From Candidatus Caldarchaeum sp. (GTDB taxonomy: Archaea > Thermoproteota > Nitrososphaeria_A > Caldarchaeales > Caldarchaeaceae): a stretch of 64,000 nucleotides of DNA. Position numbers and translations under genes: made by a program. Where the stretch lies: positions 64,001-128,000 of the forward strand of contig JAVZZH010000001.1 in assembly GCA_038885755.1 (NCBI GenBank), given 5' to 3'. Positions 9,657-18,179 of the stretch are shown in pieces. Below the pieces are notes generated by a model. It saw only the letters and a list, made by a program, of their open reading frames with translations. It was not told the DNA's origin and searched no databases. Position 1 is the first letter of the stretch; each line of letters begins with the position of its first letter.

Positions 9657-10903
9657 CGAGCCGACCTGCTGACCCCGCCATGCCTTGGACCGAGAAACAC
9701 AGGCCGTCGAAGGTCTCGGAGATTGTTGGGAACAAGGAAGCGGTTGTAGAGTTTTTGAAATGGGTTGAGGGGTGGCAAAAGAAGAGGCCGGATAAGAAAG
9801 CTGTCATGCTCTACGGCCCGGCTGGAGTGGGCAAGACTTCTCTCGTCCACGCCTTCGCAAGAGAAAACGGATGGGAGGTTATAGAGATGAACGCCAGCGA
9901 CTTCAGAACCAAGGATAACTTGGAACGTGTTGTCGGGGCGGCCTCCTCCCAAGCCTCGATAACTATGGCAAAAAACAAAATAATCTTAGTCGATGAGGTA
10001 GATGGAATAGACACAAGACAGGACGCGGGAGCCGTGTCTGCACTAGTGCAGATAATAGATAATACCATGGTCCCGGTCGTGCTCGTTGCCAACGACCCTT
10101 GGAACCCTAGGCTGGCTCCTATCCGTGAAAAATCCCTCCTGATACAGTTCAGGAGAATTCCCAAGCCGAGCATCGTTGCTCATCTGAAAAAGATAGCCGT
10201 GGCTGAGAAGCTGAAGCTGCCTGAAGAAGTCATAAAATCTGTGGCCGATAGCTCCGGAGGAGACCTTCGTTCAGCCATCAACGACTTGCAGCTTCTGGCG
10301 GCGGCCGGGGGCGTGAGCCTTGAACCGGGCTCTAGGGACAGAAGGGTGGAAGTCTTCGAAGCCTTGGCCAAGGTCTACCACTCTAAAAGCTATTCAGACG
10401 CCGTGGAGGCCTTGGAGGGGTTGGACATGGACCCGGCCGACTTTTTCACATGGGTGCTTGACAACGCACCCGAACAGCTATCGCCGCCAGACCTTGTCGA
10501 AGCCTTGGAGAACCTTTCCAAAGCCGACCTCTTCCTCCAACGTGTAAACGCCACGCAGTCCTGGCATCTTCTAAGATATGCGATACCTCTTATGACGGCT
10601 GGAGTAGCCGTGTCGAGAAAGCATCCAACCGGCAGATTCATAAAGTTCAGCTTCCCCAGCAGAGTGAGATATCTAGGCCAGACACGCGCCGAGAGGGAGC
10701 TGCTTGAAAGGGTTTGCACGAAGATTGGTTCAAGACTTCACATGTCGAGAAGGAAGGCGCGTACAGAGATGCTCCCGTTCATAAGGGTTTTGATGACAGC
10801 CGGCGGAGATGATTTGGTTGAGTTTTTCAGCTTCACGGAGGAGGAGGCCGCGTTTCTCCGTGGAGGCGAGGCGGGGAGGAAAAGGAGGAAGACTAGCGGC
10901 TGA
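9653..10903 (+). CDS. rfcL: Replication factor C large subunit
   Basis: PWTEKHRP, GPAGVGKT, NASD, DEVDG, GDLRSAIN. Confidence 0.95.
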   Translation: MTSRPADPAMPWTEKHRPSKVSEIVGNKEAVVEFLKWVEGWQKKRPDKKAVMLYGPAGVGKTSLVHAFARENGWEVIEMNASDFRTKDNLERVVGAASSQASITMAKNKIILVDEVDGIDTRQDAGAVSALVQIIDNTMVPVVLVANDPWNPRLAPIREKSLLIQFRRIPKPSIVAHLKKIAVAEKLKLPEEVIKSVADSSGGDLRSAINDLQLLAAAGGVSLEPGSRDRRVEVFEALAKVYHSKSYSDAVEALEGLDMDPADFFTWVLDNAPEQLSPPDLVEALENLSKADLFLQRVNATQSWHLLRYAIPLMTAGVAVSRKHPTGRFIKFSFPSRVRYLGQTRAERELLERVCTKIGSRLHMSRRKARTEMLPFIRVLMTAGGDDLVEFFSFTEEEAAFLRGGEAGRKRRKTSG

Positions 10904-12044
10904 TGTCTTTCAACAACTCCCTCTCGAGAAGCTGGACAGGTATGCCTGGGAGGTAGATGTATGTCTTCCTTCCCTTAGCTCCCTCGCTCTTGACGCTGAT
11001 CCTCAGGAACCCGAGGTCTTGAAGCTGCTGAAGCGTTTCCCAGAAGGTCGTGTAGCCCTTAGCCTCAGTCTTAAGCTCCTCGCACACAAGCCTATAGTAC
11101 TGGAAGAGGTCTGCGGCGGTGATGGATGTCCGGGTTCCTGAAAGGCCGCGGGCCGAGGCTAGCAGGACCAGCCTTTCATCCTTCGATAGGTAGGAGAGGT
11201 TCTCCCTCCTTATGGTTGGGTAGACGCTTGCCAGGGCCTTCCTGACATGCTCGGCCTCGACAGTGGAGCTTCCCTCAGCCTCCGCATACTTGCCTGAACG
11301 CCACAGAAGGTCGATCGCGTATCGTGCATCCTTCCTCTCCGCAGCTGCCTGGGCTATGAACTCCAGAACCTCGTCGCTCAAAGCGTTCCGCTGGAACGCC
11401 TCCTCAGCCCTGTACCGTAGAATATCCAGCAGCTGGTTGTAGTCGTACTCCTGCAGGTGGATGTTGTTGCCGCCCATCCCGCTGATGGTCTGGCTGTCGA
11501 GCCTGTCGAGAATTTCCGGTTCTCGGAAAATCAATACTAGGGAGATCAGGCCACCGTCAGCCGTCCCCTCACCCAGCCTTGTGAGAAAGTAGACAGCCTC
11601 GCTTCCCTCCTCTGAGATTAGGGCCTCGACCTCGTCTAGACAAAGCACGAGGCGGAGGCCTGTGGTGCGGAGAAACTTCACAAGCACGTCGAAGACCTCC
11701 TCGTCAGAGTACCCTCTCCTTGGAAGGTCTAGTCCAAGCTGCTCAACGGTCTTCCGCAAAACCGTGTACAGCGATCTGTTTATCCTGGAGTTGACGTAAG
11801 TGAACCTGACCTTCCTACCCAGCTCACGGGCTTCCCGCTCGAGATTGAGGCCGAAGAGCTTAGCGAGGCTTGTCTTACCTGTTCCAACCGCCCCCCAGAT
11901 GAAAACCCTCACCTGGAAAGCCCTGTCGTCGTTCAGGACGGAGGAGAAGAACGATCTTAGAAGCCTCATCTCCTCCTCGCGGTAAGGAAGCTTCTCGGGG
12001 ACGTACTCGGGAGAAAGCTTTTCCTCATGTTTGAAGACCGGCAT
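10893..12044 (-). CDS. cdc6: Orc1/Cdc6 replication initiator
   Basis: LSPEYVPEKLPYRE, Walker A GAVGTGKT, Walker B LDEVE, C-terminal winged helix ending GRKT. Confidence 0.95.
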   Translation of the reverse strand: MPVFKHEEKLSPEYVPEKLPYREEEMRLLRSFFSSVLNDDRAFQVRVFIWGAVGTGKTSLAKLFGLNLEREARELGRKVRFTYVNSRINRSLYTVLRKTVEQLGLDLPRRGYSDEEVFDVLVKFLRTTGLRLVLCLDEVEALISEEGSEAVYFLTRLGEGTADGGLISLVLIFREPEILDRLDSQTISGMGGNNIHLQEYDYNQLLDILRYRAEEAFQRNALSDEVLEFIAQAAAERKDARYAIDLLWRSGKYAEAEGSSTVEAEHVRKALASVYPTIRRENLSYLSKDERLVLLASARGLSGTRTSITAADLFQYYRLVCEELKTEAKGYTTFWETLQQLQDLGFLRISVKSEGAKGRKTYIYLPGIPVQLLERELLKDISR

Positions 12045-12140
12045 GTCCCTGTCTCTCGTTGGACGAGGGCGGCATTAAAGATTGAGAGTTATCCGAAAAT
12101 GGAGTGAGGCTTAAATGACAGCTCGATGCGTTGAGCCGGG

Positions 12141-13103
12141 ATGTCCGAGGTCTGGGACATCAACCAGGACGTCAGAGTAATCGAGCTCGTCGGTAATGTG
12201 GATAAACCCGTGCGCTGTTTCTTGGTCAAGCAGGGAGACAGTCATGTGCTGTTGGACACAGGGTATCCGGAGACGGCTGAAGAACTGCTCAAAGCCATCG
12301 AAAAATACAGAGTCTCAACAACCCTGCTTACACATCTTCACCTCGACCATTCCGGCGGAGCGTCTGAAGTCAAGAAGAGAAAGCACACGTCGCTGGCGTA
12401 TCATGAAAGGGAGTACCAGACCCTCAAGATACTTTTAGAGGCTCAGCCGTGGCTGGACAAAATCCTTGGACCGGGAGACCATGAGTATTTCAGTAAATTT
12501 CTACAGTATGTAAGGAGTATTCCTGAGCCTGACATCTTCGCCTACGAGGGGATGAGTTTTGGTGGTTGGCGTGTGGTCTACACGCCGGGGCATACAGCGG
12601 GGCACGTCATCGTCGTAGGCGGGAGGGTGGGCATCACAGCCGACCTCATCCTAGAAAACGACACCACCAACGTAGCCTACATCCCTTTCGAAAACTACCA
12701 CCCCCTAACAGAGTTTCTGAAGAACCTAACCAAGCTGACAAAGATGAACCTCGAAACAATAGTTCCGTCGCACGGCCCCCTGATAAGGGACTGCAGGAAA
12801 AGAGCAGCTGAGATATTCCTCCACCACCGTCAGAGACTCGCGGAGGCCTCGAAGATCCTGACCACCCGAGAAACCCCGGCGCTCGAAGTGGCGCGTGAAA
12901 TAAGATGGTCGAAAGGCCCGTTCGACGAGCTTTCCGCAGTCGACAAATGGCTGGCTTACCTAGAGACTTTATCGCACCTAGACTTTCTCGTTGAGGCGGG
13001 TCTAGCTGTGGAGGTGTCGCAGACCGTTTACAGGCTGAACGAGGAAGGTGGCTGGAGCCAGGTCGAGGAGAAGCTTAAACGGCTTTCAGAAAACCTCTTC
13101 TGA
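12141..13103 (+). CDS. MBL-fold metallo-hydrolase with C-terminal winged-helix-like region
   Basis: LLDTG, THLHLDH, TPGHTAGH, PSHG motifs. Confidence 0.9.
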   Translation: MSEVWDINQDVRVIELVGNVDKPVRCFLVKQGDSHVLLDTGYPETAEELLKAIEKYRVSTTLLTHLHLDHSGGASEVKKRKHTSLAYHEREYQTLKILLEAQPWLDKILGPGDHEYFSKFLQYVRSIPEPDIFAYEGMSFGGWRVVYTPGHTAGHVIVVGGRVGITADLILENDTTNVAYIPFENYHPLTEFLKNLTKLTKMNLETIVPSHGPLIRDCRKRAAEIFLHHRQRLAEASKILTTRETPALEVAREIRWSKGPFDELSAVDKWLAYLETLSHLDFLVEAGLAVEVSQTVYRLNEEGGWSQVEEKLKRLSENLF

Positions 13104-13154
13104 CCCTGTTAGGCAAGGGCAAACATTTTTATCAATCTAAGGCGAACTTCAGCC

Positions 13155-15401
13155 ATGCCTTCTCCGCGCACAACCTTATCCCTAGTTATTCTATCTATGG
13201 TGGTCGTCAGCCTTCTCCCTATGCAGGCTGTCTGGGCTGAGCGTGTTCAGCAGCGGGATGAAATCAGTGTTCTGCCGATAAAGGGCGAGCTCGTGGTCAA
13301 CGTGTTTCTCTACGACGTCAGTCTAAGCTGGTTCGAGGCAAGAGACCTCAGACACCTTCTCCAACTCCTCAGGGATACTAATGCGATAAGGCCCTTCGCC
13401 AGATCTCAATTCTATTCTAGGGGGACAGAATTTGTTCCGTTCGAGTTCGAAGTAAAACTAAACCTGATAGTTCCCTCAGCGAGGATACAGCAGGAGTTCC
13501 GCGAGCTTCTAAAATCTCGAGTTTCCCGGACACCGTACCAAATCGCTCAACAAGCAGTCGAGTTTGCCGTAGGCTATGGTATGCCTCTGGCTTGGACCGA
13601 CCAGACGATTAGAGCCCGGGACGCTCTATACGTGTTTTCATACCTGACGGAGAAATACTTTCCAGAGGTGGCTGGAAAATACGCCATCTTCCTTTTCTGC
13701 GGAATTCCTGCGATGGGAGGCGATAGGCCAGCCATCTACTACACTTACGGCCAGTCTCCTGACACGGGGGCATACCTGGCCGACTTCGGGCTCAGCATGT
13801 ACGGAGGTTCTTGGTGGGGCAGGTATTTCTACGTCGACCTTTGCTCATACCCGCCTAGGAGCTTCTATCAACAGCTCAAGCCGATATTCGAGCTTGGGAC
13901 GGCTGCGGAGCGTGTTTACCATGTTGCCGAGTTGATAGACATCATCATCGACATGGAGTTCGTCAAATCTCTAATTTACAAACCGCGGTACAACATTCAG
14001 ACGTTGTTTGACGTGATTGTCGTGGACGCTACCGTGGCAGGCGTGGGCTACGACATGATAGTTCGATATTTTGATTCTGAGTTGCTGTCGAAGGCTTTCA
14101 GAACCTTGATGCCCTACAACTTCTTCACGACCAGGCTGAGAGAGGTTGAACTGAGGGATGTGCCCGAGCTCAGTCAAGCCATACAGCACACCCCTGAAGG
14201 CATTCTGCTGCTTCCGGAGAAAGCGTACGACATTCTCAAAAGACGAGGCATGATTGACGAGTCGATTAGGGAATTTATGGACTATGTCCCAGCCATAATC
14301 CTCTACACCACGACAACATCATGGGTAAAAGAACCAAGCGTTCTGGGTGTTGCAGTAGGTAGGCAGGACGACCCGTCGCTCCCGTTGGCAGCCACTGGAG
14401 CCATATATCATGAAGTGCTTATCAAGCAGGGTCTAACGCCGCTCGTGATGCATGAAATAGGTCATACGTTGGGGCTTAGGCATCCGCATGACGATTTTGA
14501 CGAATACAGGAACTCGGGAGTAGGTTTTTTCGCGTTAACCTACTTCACCGAGACTGTTATGAGCTACAGCCAATCATGGATTGTAAGTCTTAACCGTGAG
14601 AAAATCTTTGAAGATCTTTACCCCATCAGGACTTTCTGGAGCATCTTCGACCTAGACAACATAGACCGGGCCGTCGTCTGTCTCCTGCTTCAAGAATATG
14701 AACAAAACCACCGTGAAATCATCCAGAGTCTCAAGAGCGCCGGACTCGACCTAACGGATGTTCCTGAAATCAAAGAGGCTCTTGATCTGGCGAGGCAGTA
14801 TAGCTTGACGGCGGTCGACGAGTTCAGGAACCATAATTATTTTGACAGGAAGTCCTTCAAGGGTTTAGGAGCTCAGCTCGTCTCAGCCTTTGACTATGCA
14901 TTCGTTGCTGCGCTGCAAACGGGGAACATAAAGGACTACTACCTGCCAGGCGTTCTCTACGAGGTGGGCAGGCTTGGAGCTCAGGCCTCGGCCTTGAGAC
15001 AAAATCTCTCGAACCTTAGGGCGGAGACGGAGAGCGCCCGTAGGGCGCTGGAAGAGTCTCAGCGGCTGCTTTCTCAAAAGAGGCAGGAGCTGCAGAGTCT
15101 GATGTCTGCTGGCGAGTCTCTGAACGCCGAGCTTCAGAGGGTTGAGCAAGCTGTTGCAGAAGTTAGGAGAGTTAGGGATGAGGTTTCGCGGAAGGAAGCT
15201 GAGCTGCAACGAGTTGTTAACTCTGTTAAACAGTCTGAGGAGGAACTGTCTTCTTTGAGGTCTCAGAACAACACGCTGTTAGCTGTTCTAGCTGTGGAGG
15301 TAGTTGTAGTCGCGGCTTTGGTGGTCTGGTTTAGGAGGAACAACCGTAGAGGGCTTCCCCCGCCGCCTCCACCGCCCCCCTTGCCTACAGCTTCCTCCTG
15401 A
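13155..15401 (+). CDS. Membrane-anchored metzincin metalloprotease with coiled-coil stalk and poly-Pro tail
   Basis: Signal peptide; HEIGHTLGLRH; Met-turn ETVMSY; heptad-rich stalk; C-terminal TM helix then RRGLPPPPPPPP. Confidence 0.85.
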   Translation: MPSPRTTLSLVILSMVVVSLLPMQAVWAERVQQRDEISVLPIKGELVVNVFLYDVSLSWFEARDLRHLLQLLRDTNAIRPFARSQFYSRGTEFVPFEFEVKLNLIVPSARIQQEFRELLKSRVSRTPYQIAQQAVEFAVGYGMPLAWTDQTIRARDALYVFSYLTEKYFPEVAGKYAIFLFCGIPAMGGDRPAIYYTYGQSPDTGAYLADFGLSMYGGSWWGRYFYVDLCSYPPRSFYQQLKPIFELGTAAERVYHVAELIDIIIDMEFVKSLIYKPRYNIQTLFDVIVVDATVAGVGYDMIVRYFDSELLSKAFRTLMPYNFFTTRLREVELRDVPELSQAIQHTPEGILLLPEKAYDILKRRGMIDESIREFMDYVPAIILYTTTTSWVKEPSVLGVAVGRQDDPSLPLAATGAIYHEVLIKQGLTPLVMHEIGHTLGLRHPHDDFDEYRNSGVGFFALTYFTETVMSYSQSWIVSLNREKIFEDLYPIRTFWSIFDLDNIDRAVVCLLLQEYEQNHREIIQSLKSAGLDLTDVPEIKEALDLARQYSLTAVDEFRNHNYFDRKSFKGLGAQLVSAFDYAFVAALQTGNIKDYYLPGVLYEVGRLGAQASALRQNLSNLRAETESARRALEESQRLLSQKRQELQSLMSAGESLNAELQRVEQAVAEVRRVRDEVSRKEAELQRVVNSVKQSEEELSSLRSQNNTLLAVLAVEVVVVAALVVWFRRNNRRGLPPPPPPPPLPTASS

Positions 15402-17511
15402 AGAAGACTACGTAAACCCCAGCGGCAGCTACTAGGACAACCGACAAAGCCATCAACACAAAGCCGGTCGTCCTCAGTCCCCCCGCCTCCGCAACCAACT
15501 CACTCAACCTCCTCCCCTCTTCACCAAGACTCCTGTCAAGCTCGGCTCTCCTAGACCGCAGCTGCTCCAGCTGAGCCGCCTCCTCCGAAAGCATCCTAAT
15601 CCTAGCCCTCAACTCCTCGTTAGTCTCAAGAGCCTTCTTAACAGCCTCCTCTACATTTTTCAACTCCATAGCGGTTCTTTCGCTCTCCTGCTTAAGCCTG
15701 CTCAGCGTGGCTGTGAGGCTGGAAATCTCCGCCTGAAGCGACTCCAGTAGTTGCGTCAACCTTTCGTTCTGCTTCATCACACCCTCCGTGTAAGTCTTCG
15801 CCAGCTCTGTCAACGCCATGGCCATGAACGCATAGTCAAAAGACGACGTGAGCTGTGCTCCCAACCCGGTATACTCAAACCTGTCGAGATAGCTGTGCGA
15901 CCGGAAAAGTTCTACAGACCTGTCTGCTAGGGTCTTCGCTATGTTGAGTGCCTCTGTCAGGGTTTTAATGTCGTCCAGCCTCAGACCTGCTCCGGAGACT
16001 GCGTCAACTATGTCCCTGTAGTTCTGCTCGTAGGTCGAAAGAAGTATTGAGATGATGGCTCTGTCTATTGCGTCTAGGTCGAAGATGCTCCAGTAGGTTT
16101 TGACGGGGTAGTATCCTTCTTTTATGGTTCTTCGCTTAACAGCCTCAACCCAAGTAGTGGAGTAGCTCATGTATGTTTCGATGGACATGGTGTAGATCAT
16201 GCTTCTCACGGATCTTCCCGCAACTTCGTCGAAATCATCGTGCGGGTGTCTCAAGCCTAGGACATGACCTATCTCATGCGCAACAGTAGTGGCCAAACCT
16301 TTGTAAAAGAGTAAATAGTATGAAGTGCCCGCTACGGCCACTGCTCCAAATCTCGGGTCTTCTGGGTCGGGTAATGCGATTCCAAGAGCATCATCTTCAG
16401 GGTCTTCCACGTAGACTCTTGTGTCGTAGTCTGTGACGACGACTATTGCTGGCACGTATTGGTAATCTCCCTCTCCGGGCGACAGCTTGTTCGCTCTTTT
16501 CAGCAAGTCATATGCCATGCTCGCTTCGACCAAAGCCTTGTTTCTTGCTTGGTCCAGTGTGATTATGTTCATGAAGCCGGGGACTTCCTCTGCCCTGACA
16601 TATCTAACGGTGAAAGTATACAGGTTGTAAGGGGTGAGAGTTATGAGAGCCTGCTCCACCGCCTCCAAGTCGAACCTATCGACTAGAAGTGCGAAGTTCA
16701 GCCCCGCTCTGGTGGCGTCCACCACCAAAACGTCTACGAGAACCTGAAGATTGTATCTTGGTATGTAGATGGTTGATTTGACGAACTGCATGTCGATTAT
16801 CTCGTCGACGTAGTTTATTAGAAGAGCCAGTCTTTCACGGGAGGTGTTTATGTTTTGGATGGGTGGGTAATCTGCATACAGGCTGAGGGCGCAGAGGTCT
16901 ACGAACACGTATCTGCCGTACCATGTGCCGCCGTACATGTTCAGCAGAATCTCCCCGCCGTATCTTCCCGTTTCAGGAAGCTGTCCAAAAGTATGGTAGA
17001 CGGGTGGTGAGCCCAGAGCCCTTGCTCCGCAGATAAAGAATATCACATGGTCGTCTAAGATGTCGGGGTAGTGTTTTCTAGAAAGGTCGACGAGCATTTT
17101 TAAAGCAGTTGGCGCGTGGATCGAAGCTATGCCGTCTTTGACTCCCTTGGTCTCGAGAAGCTCTCGGGGCGCTCCTAGGTTGAGGCTGCGGAGGTTCTGC
17201 CTAAACTCCTCAAGCTGAGCCAGCCTGAATTCTCTCGCGGAAAGCTGTACATCGAATTCGAAAGGTGCAAAGGTTGACCCATAAAGGTCAAGGGCTGATT
17301 TAGCGGTGTCTCTCACCCCTGCAGAAACAGCTCCTAGCAGTTGGTTGATGTCGCTGGCTCCGAACCATGTGGGGTCGACGTCTATGAAGACGAGCACAAC
17401 GTTGAGCGGTGCTTTGATGGGTAGTACTCGGTAGTCTTGCTGTCCGAAACTTGGTTGGGGGGCGAGAGAGACGAGAATGATGAAGGCTGCGACTAGTGCT
17501 GAGCACTTCAT
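15385..17511 (-). CDS. Membrane-anchored metzincin metalloprotease, paralog of 13155..15401
   Basis: Start reassigned to ATG 17511 (MKCSALVAAFII signal peptide; TATTTAT about 25 nt upstream); HEIGHVLGLRH; ETYMSY; coiled coil; C-terminal TM helix then RRK. Confidence 0.85.
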   Translation of the reverse strand: MKCSALVAAFIILVSLAPQPSFGQQDYRVLPIKAPLNVVLVFIDVDPTWFGASDINQLLGAVSAGVRDTAKSALDLYGSTFAPFEFDVQLSAREFRLAQLEEFRQNLRSLNLGAPRELLETKGVKDGIASIHAPTALKMLVDLSRKHYPDILDDHVIFFICGARALGSPPVYHTFGQLPETGRYGGEILLNMYGGTWYGRYVFVDLCALSLYADYPPIQNINTSRERLALLINYVDEIIDMQFVKSTIYIPRYNLQVLVDVLVVDATRAGLNFALLVDRFDLEAVEQALITLTPYNLYTFTVRYVRAEEVPGFMNIITLDQARNKALVEASMAYDLLKRANKLSPGEGDYQYVPAIVVVTDYDTRVYVEDPEDDALGIALPDPEDPRFGAVAVAGTSYYLLFYKGLATTVAHEIGHVLGLRHPHDDFDEVAGRSVRSMIYTMSIETYMSYSTTWVEAVKRRTIKEGYYPVKTYWSIFDLDAIDRAIISILLSTYEQNYRDIVDAVSGAGLRLDDIKTLTEALNIAKTLADRSVELFRSHSYLDRFEYTGLGAQLTSSFDYAFMAMALTELAKTYTEGVMKQNERLTQLLESLQAEISSLTATLSRLKQESERTAMELKNVEEAVKKALETNEELRARIRMLSEEAAQLEQLRSRRAELDRSLGEEGRRLSELVAEAGGLRTTGFVLMALSVVLVAAAGVYVVFFRRKL

Positions 17512-17595
17512 CACAGCCAGAGGCCGCCACCGCCATAAATACTTTGGAGGAATGATGCTGAAAAGATTTAAGAGCGTCGTGGTGCCTGGGTAGGC

Positions 17596-17652
17596 TGCGA
17601 TGATGAGTCTGACCAGGCTGAAGCGATGACTGCGATCTTGAGCTCTGAGCAC
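17596..17652 (+). ncRNA. Box C/D guide sRNA
   Basis: C box ATGATGA (17600-17606), 11-nt guide, D' CTGA (17618-17621), C' GCGATGA (17623-17629), 15-nt guide, D CTGA (17645-17648); intergenic; TATA-like ATTTAA near 17566. Confidence 0.8.
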
Positions 17653-17695
17653 GTTTGTGGAAAAGGTAATAGATTGGCCTGGGTTGAGCTTCTTC

Positions 17696-18175
17696 ATGAT
17701 TGCTGACCAGTTGTTGGCGACGGCGGCCGCCTCCGCTGTGTTCGCCGTGGCTGCTGTGGTTTCTAGGTTTGTTATTCGACGCAGGTTTCGGCAGGAGCAT
17801 GGTAAGGTTCTGTACCTTGCTCTGCTGCTTCTCTCAGCGGTCTACGTTGGTTATGTCGCTTATCTCTGGAGGTTTTTCGAGTTCGTGGTGGGTGTGCTGG
17901 CGACGGCCGGGGCCCTTGGGCTTCTGCTGGCGCTTTCCCTCGTTCCATGGGTGATGGACATCTTCTCAGGCATCTCGGTAGTGCTTGACCCTCGGATAAA
18001 CATCGGTAGCGAGGTCGAGGTTGACGGCAAGCGTGGCAAGATCGTAGAAATAACGTTGACCCGTACGGTTGTTTCGGGCGATGAATGTATTATCCTTGTG
18101 CCCAACCGCATGTTCCGAGACTCCGTCGTCGTCGTTTACTCGACGAAGCCGAGGGAGAGATATTTCAAGGCTTAG
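17696..18175 (+). CDS. Small MscS-family mechanosensitive channel protein
   Basis: Three hydrophobic helices, DIFSGI, IGSEVEV.GKRGKIVEI, ILVPN; start probably ATG 17696 rather than 17657. Confidence 0.8.
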   Translation: MIADQLLATAAASAVFAVAAVVSRFVIRRRFRQEHGKVLYLALLLLSAVYVGYVAYLWRFFEFVVGVLATAGALGLLLALSLVPWVMDIFSGISVVLDPRINIGSEVEVDGKRGKIVEITLTRTVVSGDECIILVPNRMFRDSVVVVYSTKPRERYFKA

Positions 18176-18179
18176 ACGA

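Noticed and set aside
12045-12140. Possible replication origin next to cdc6
   Set aside because: Only ~95 bp, not strongly AT-rich, no recognisable ORB repeats
17512-17697. 62-aa N-terminal extension of the second protease in the ORF track
   Set aside because: Overlaps the promoter and the C/D sRNA on the other strand; the signal peptide begins at 17511
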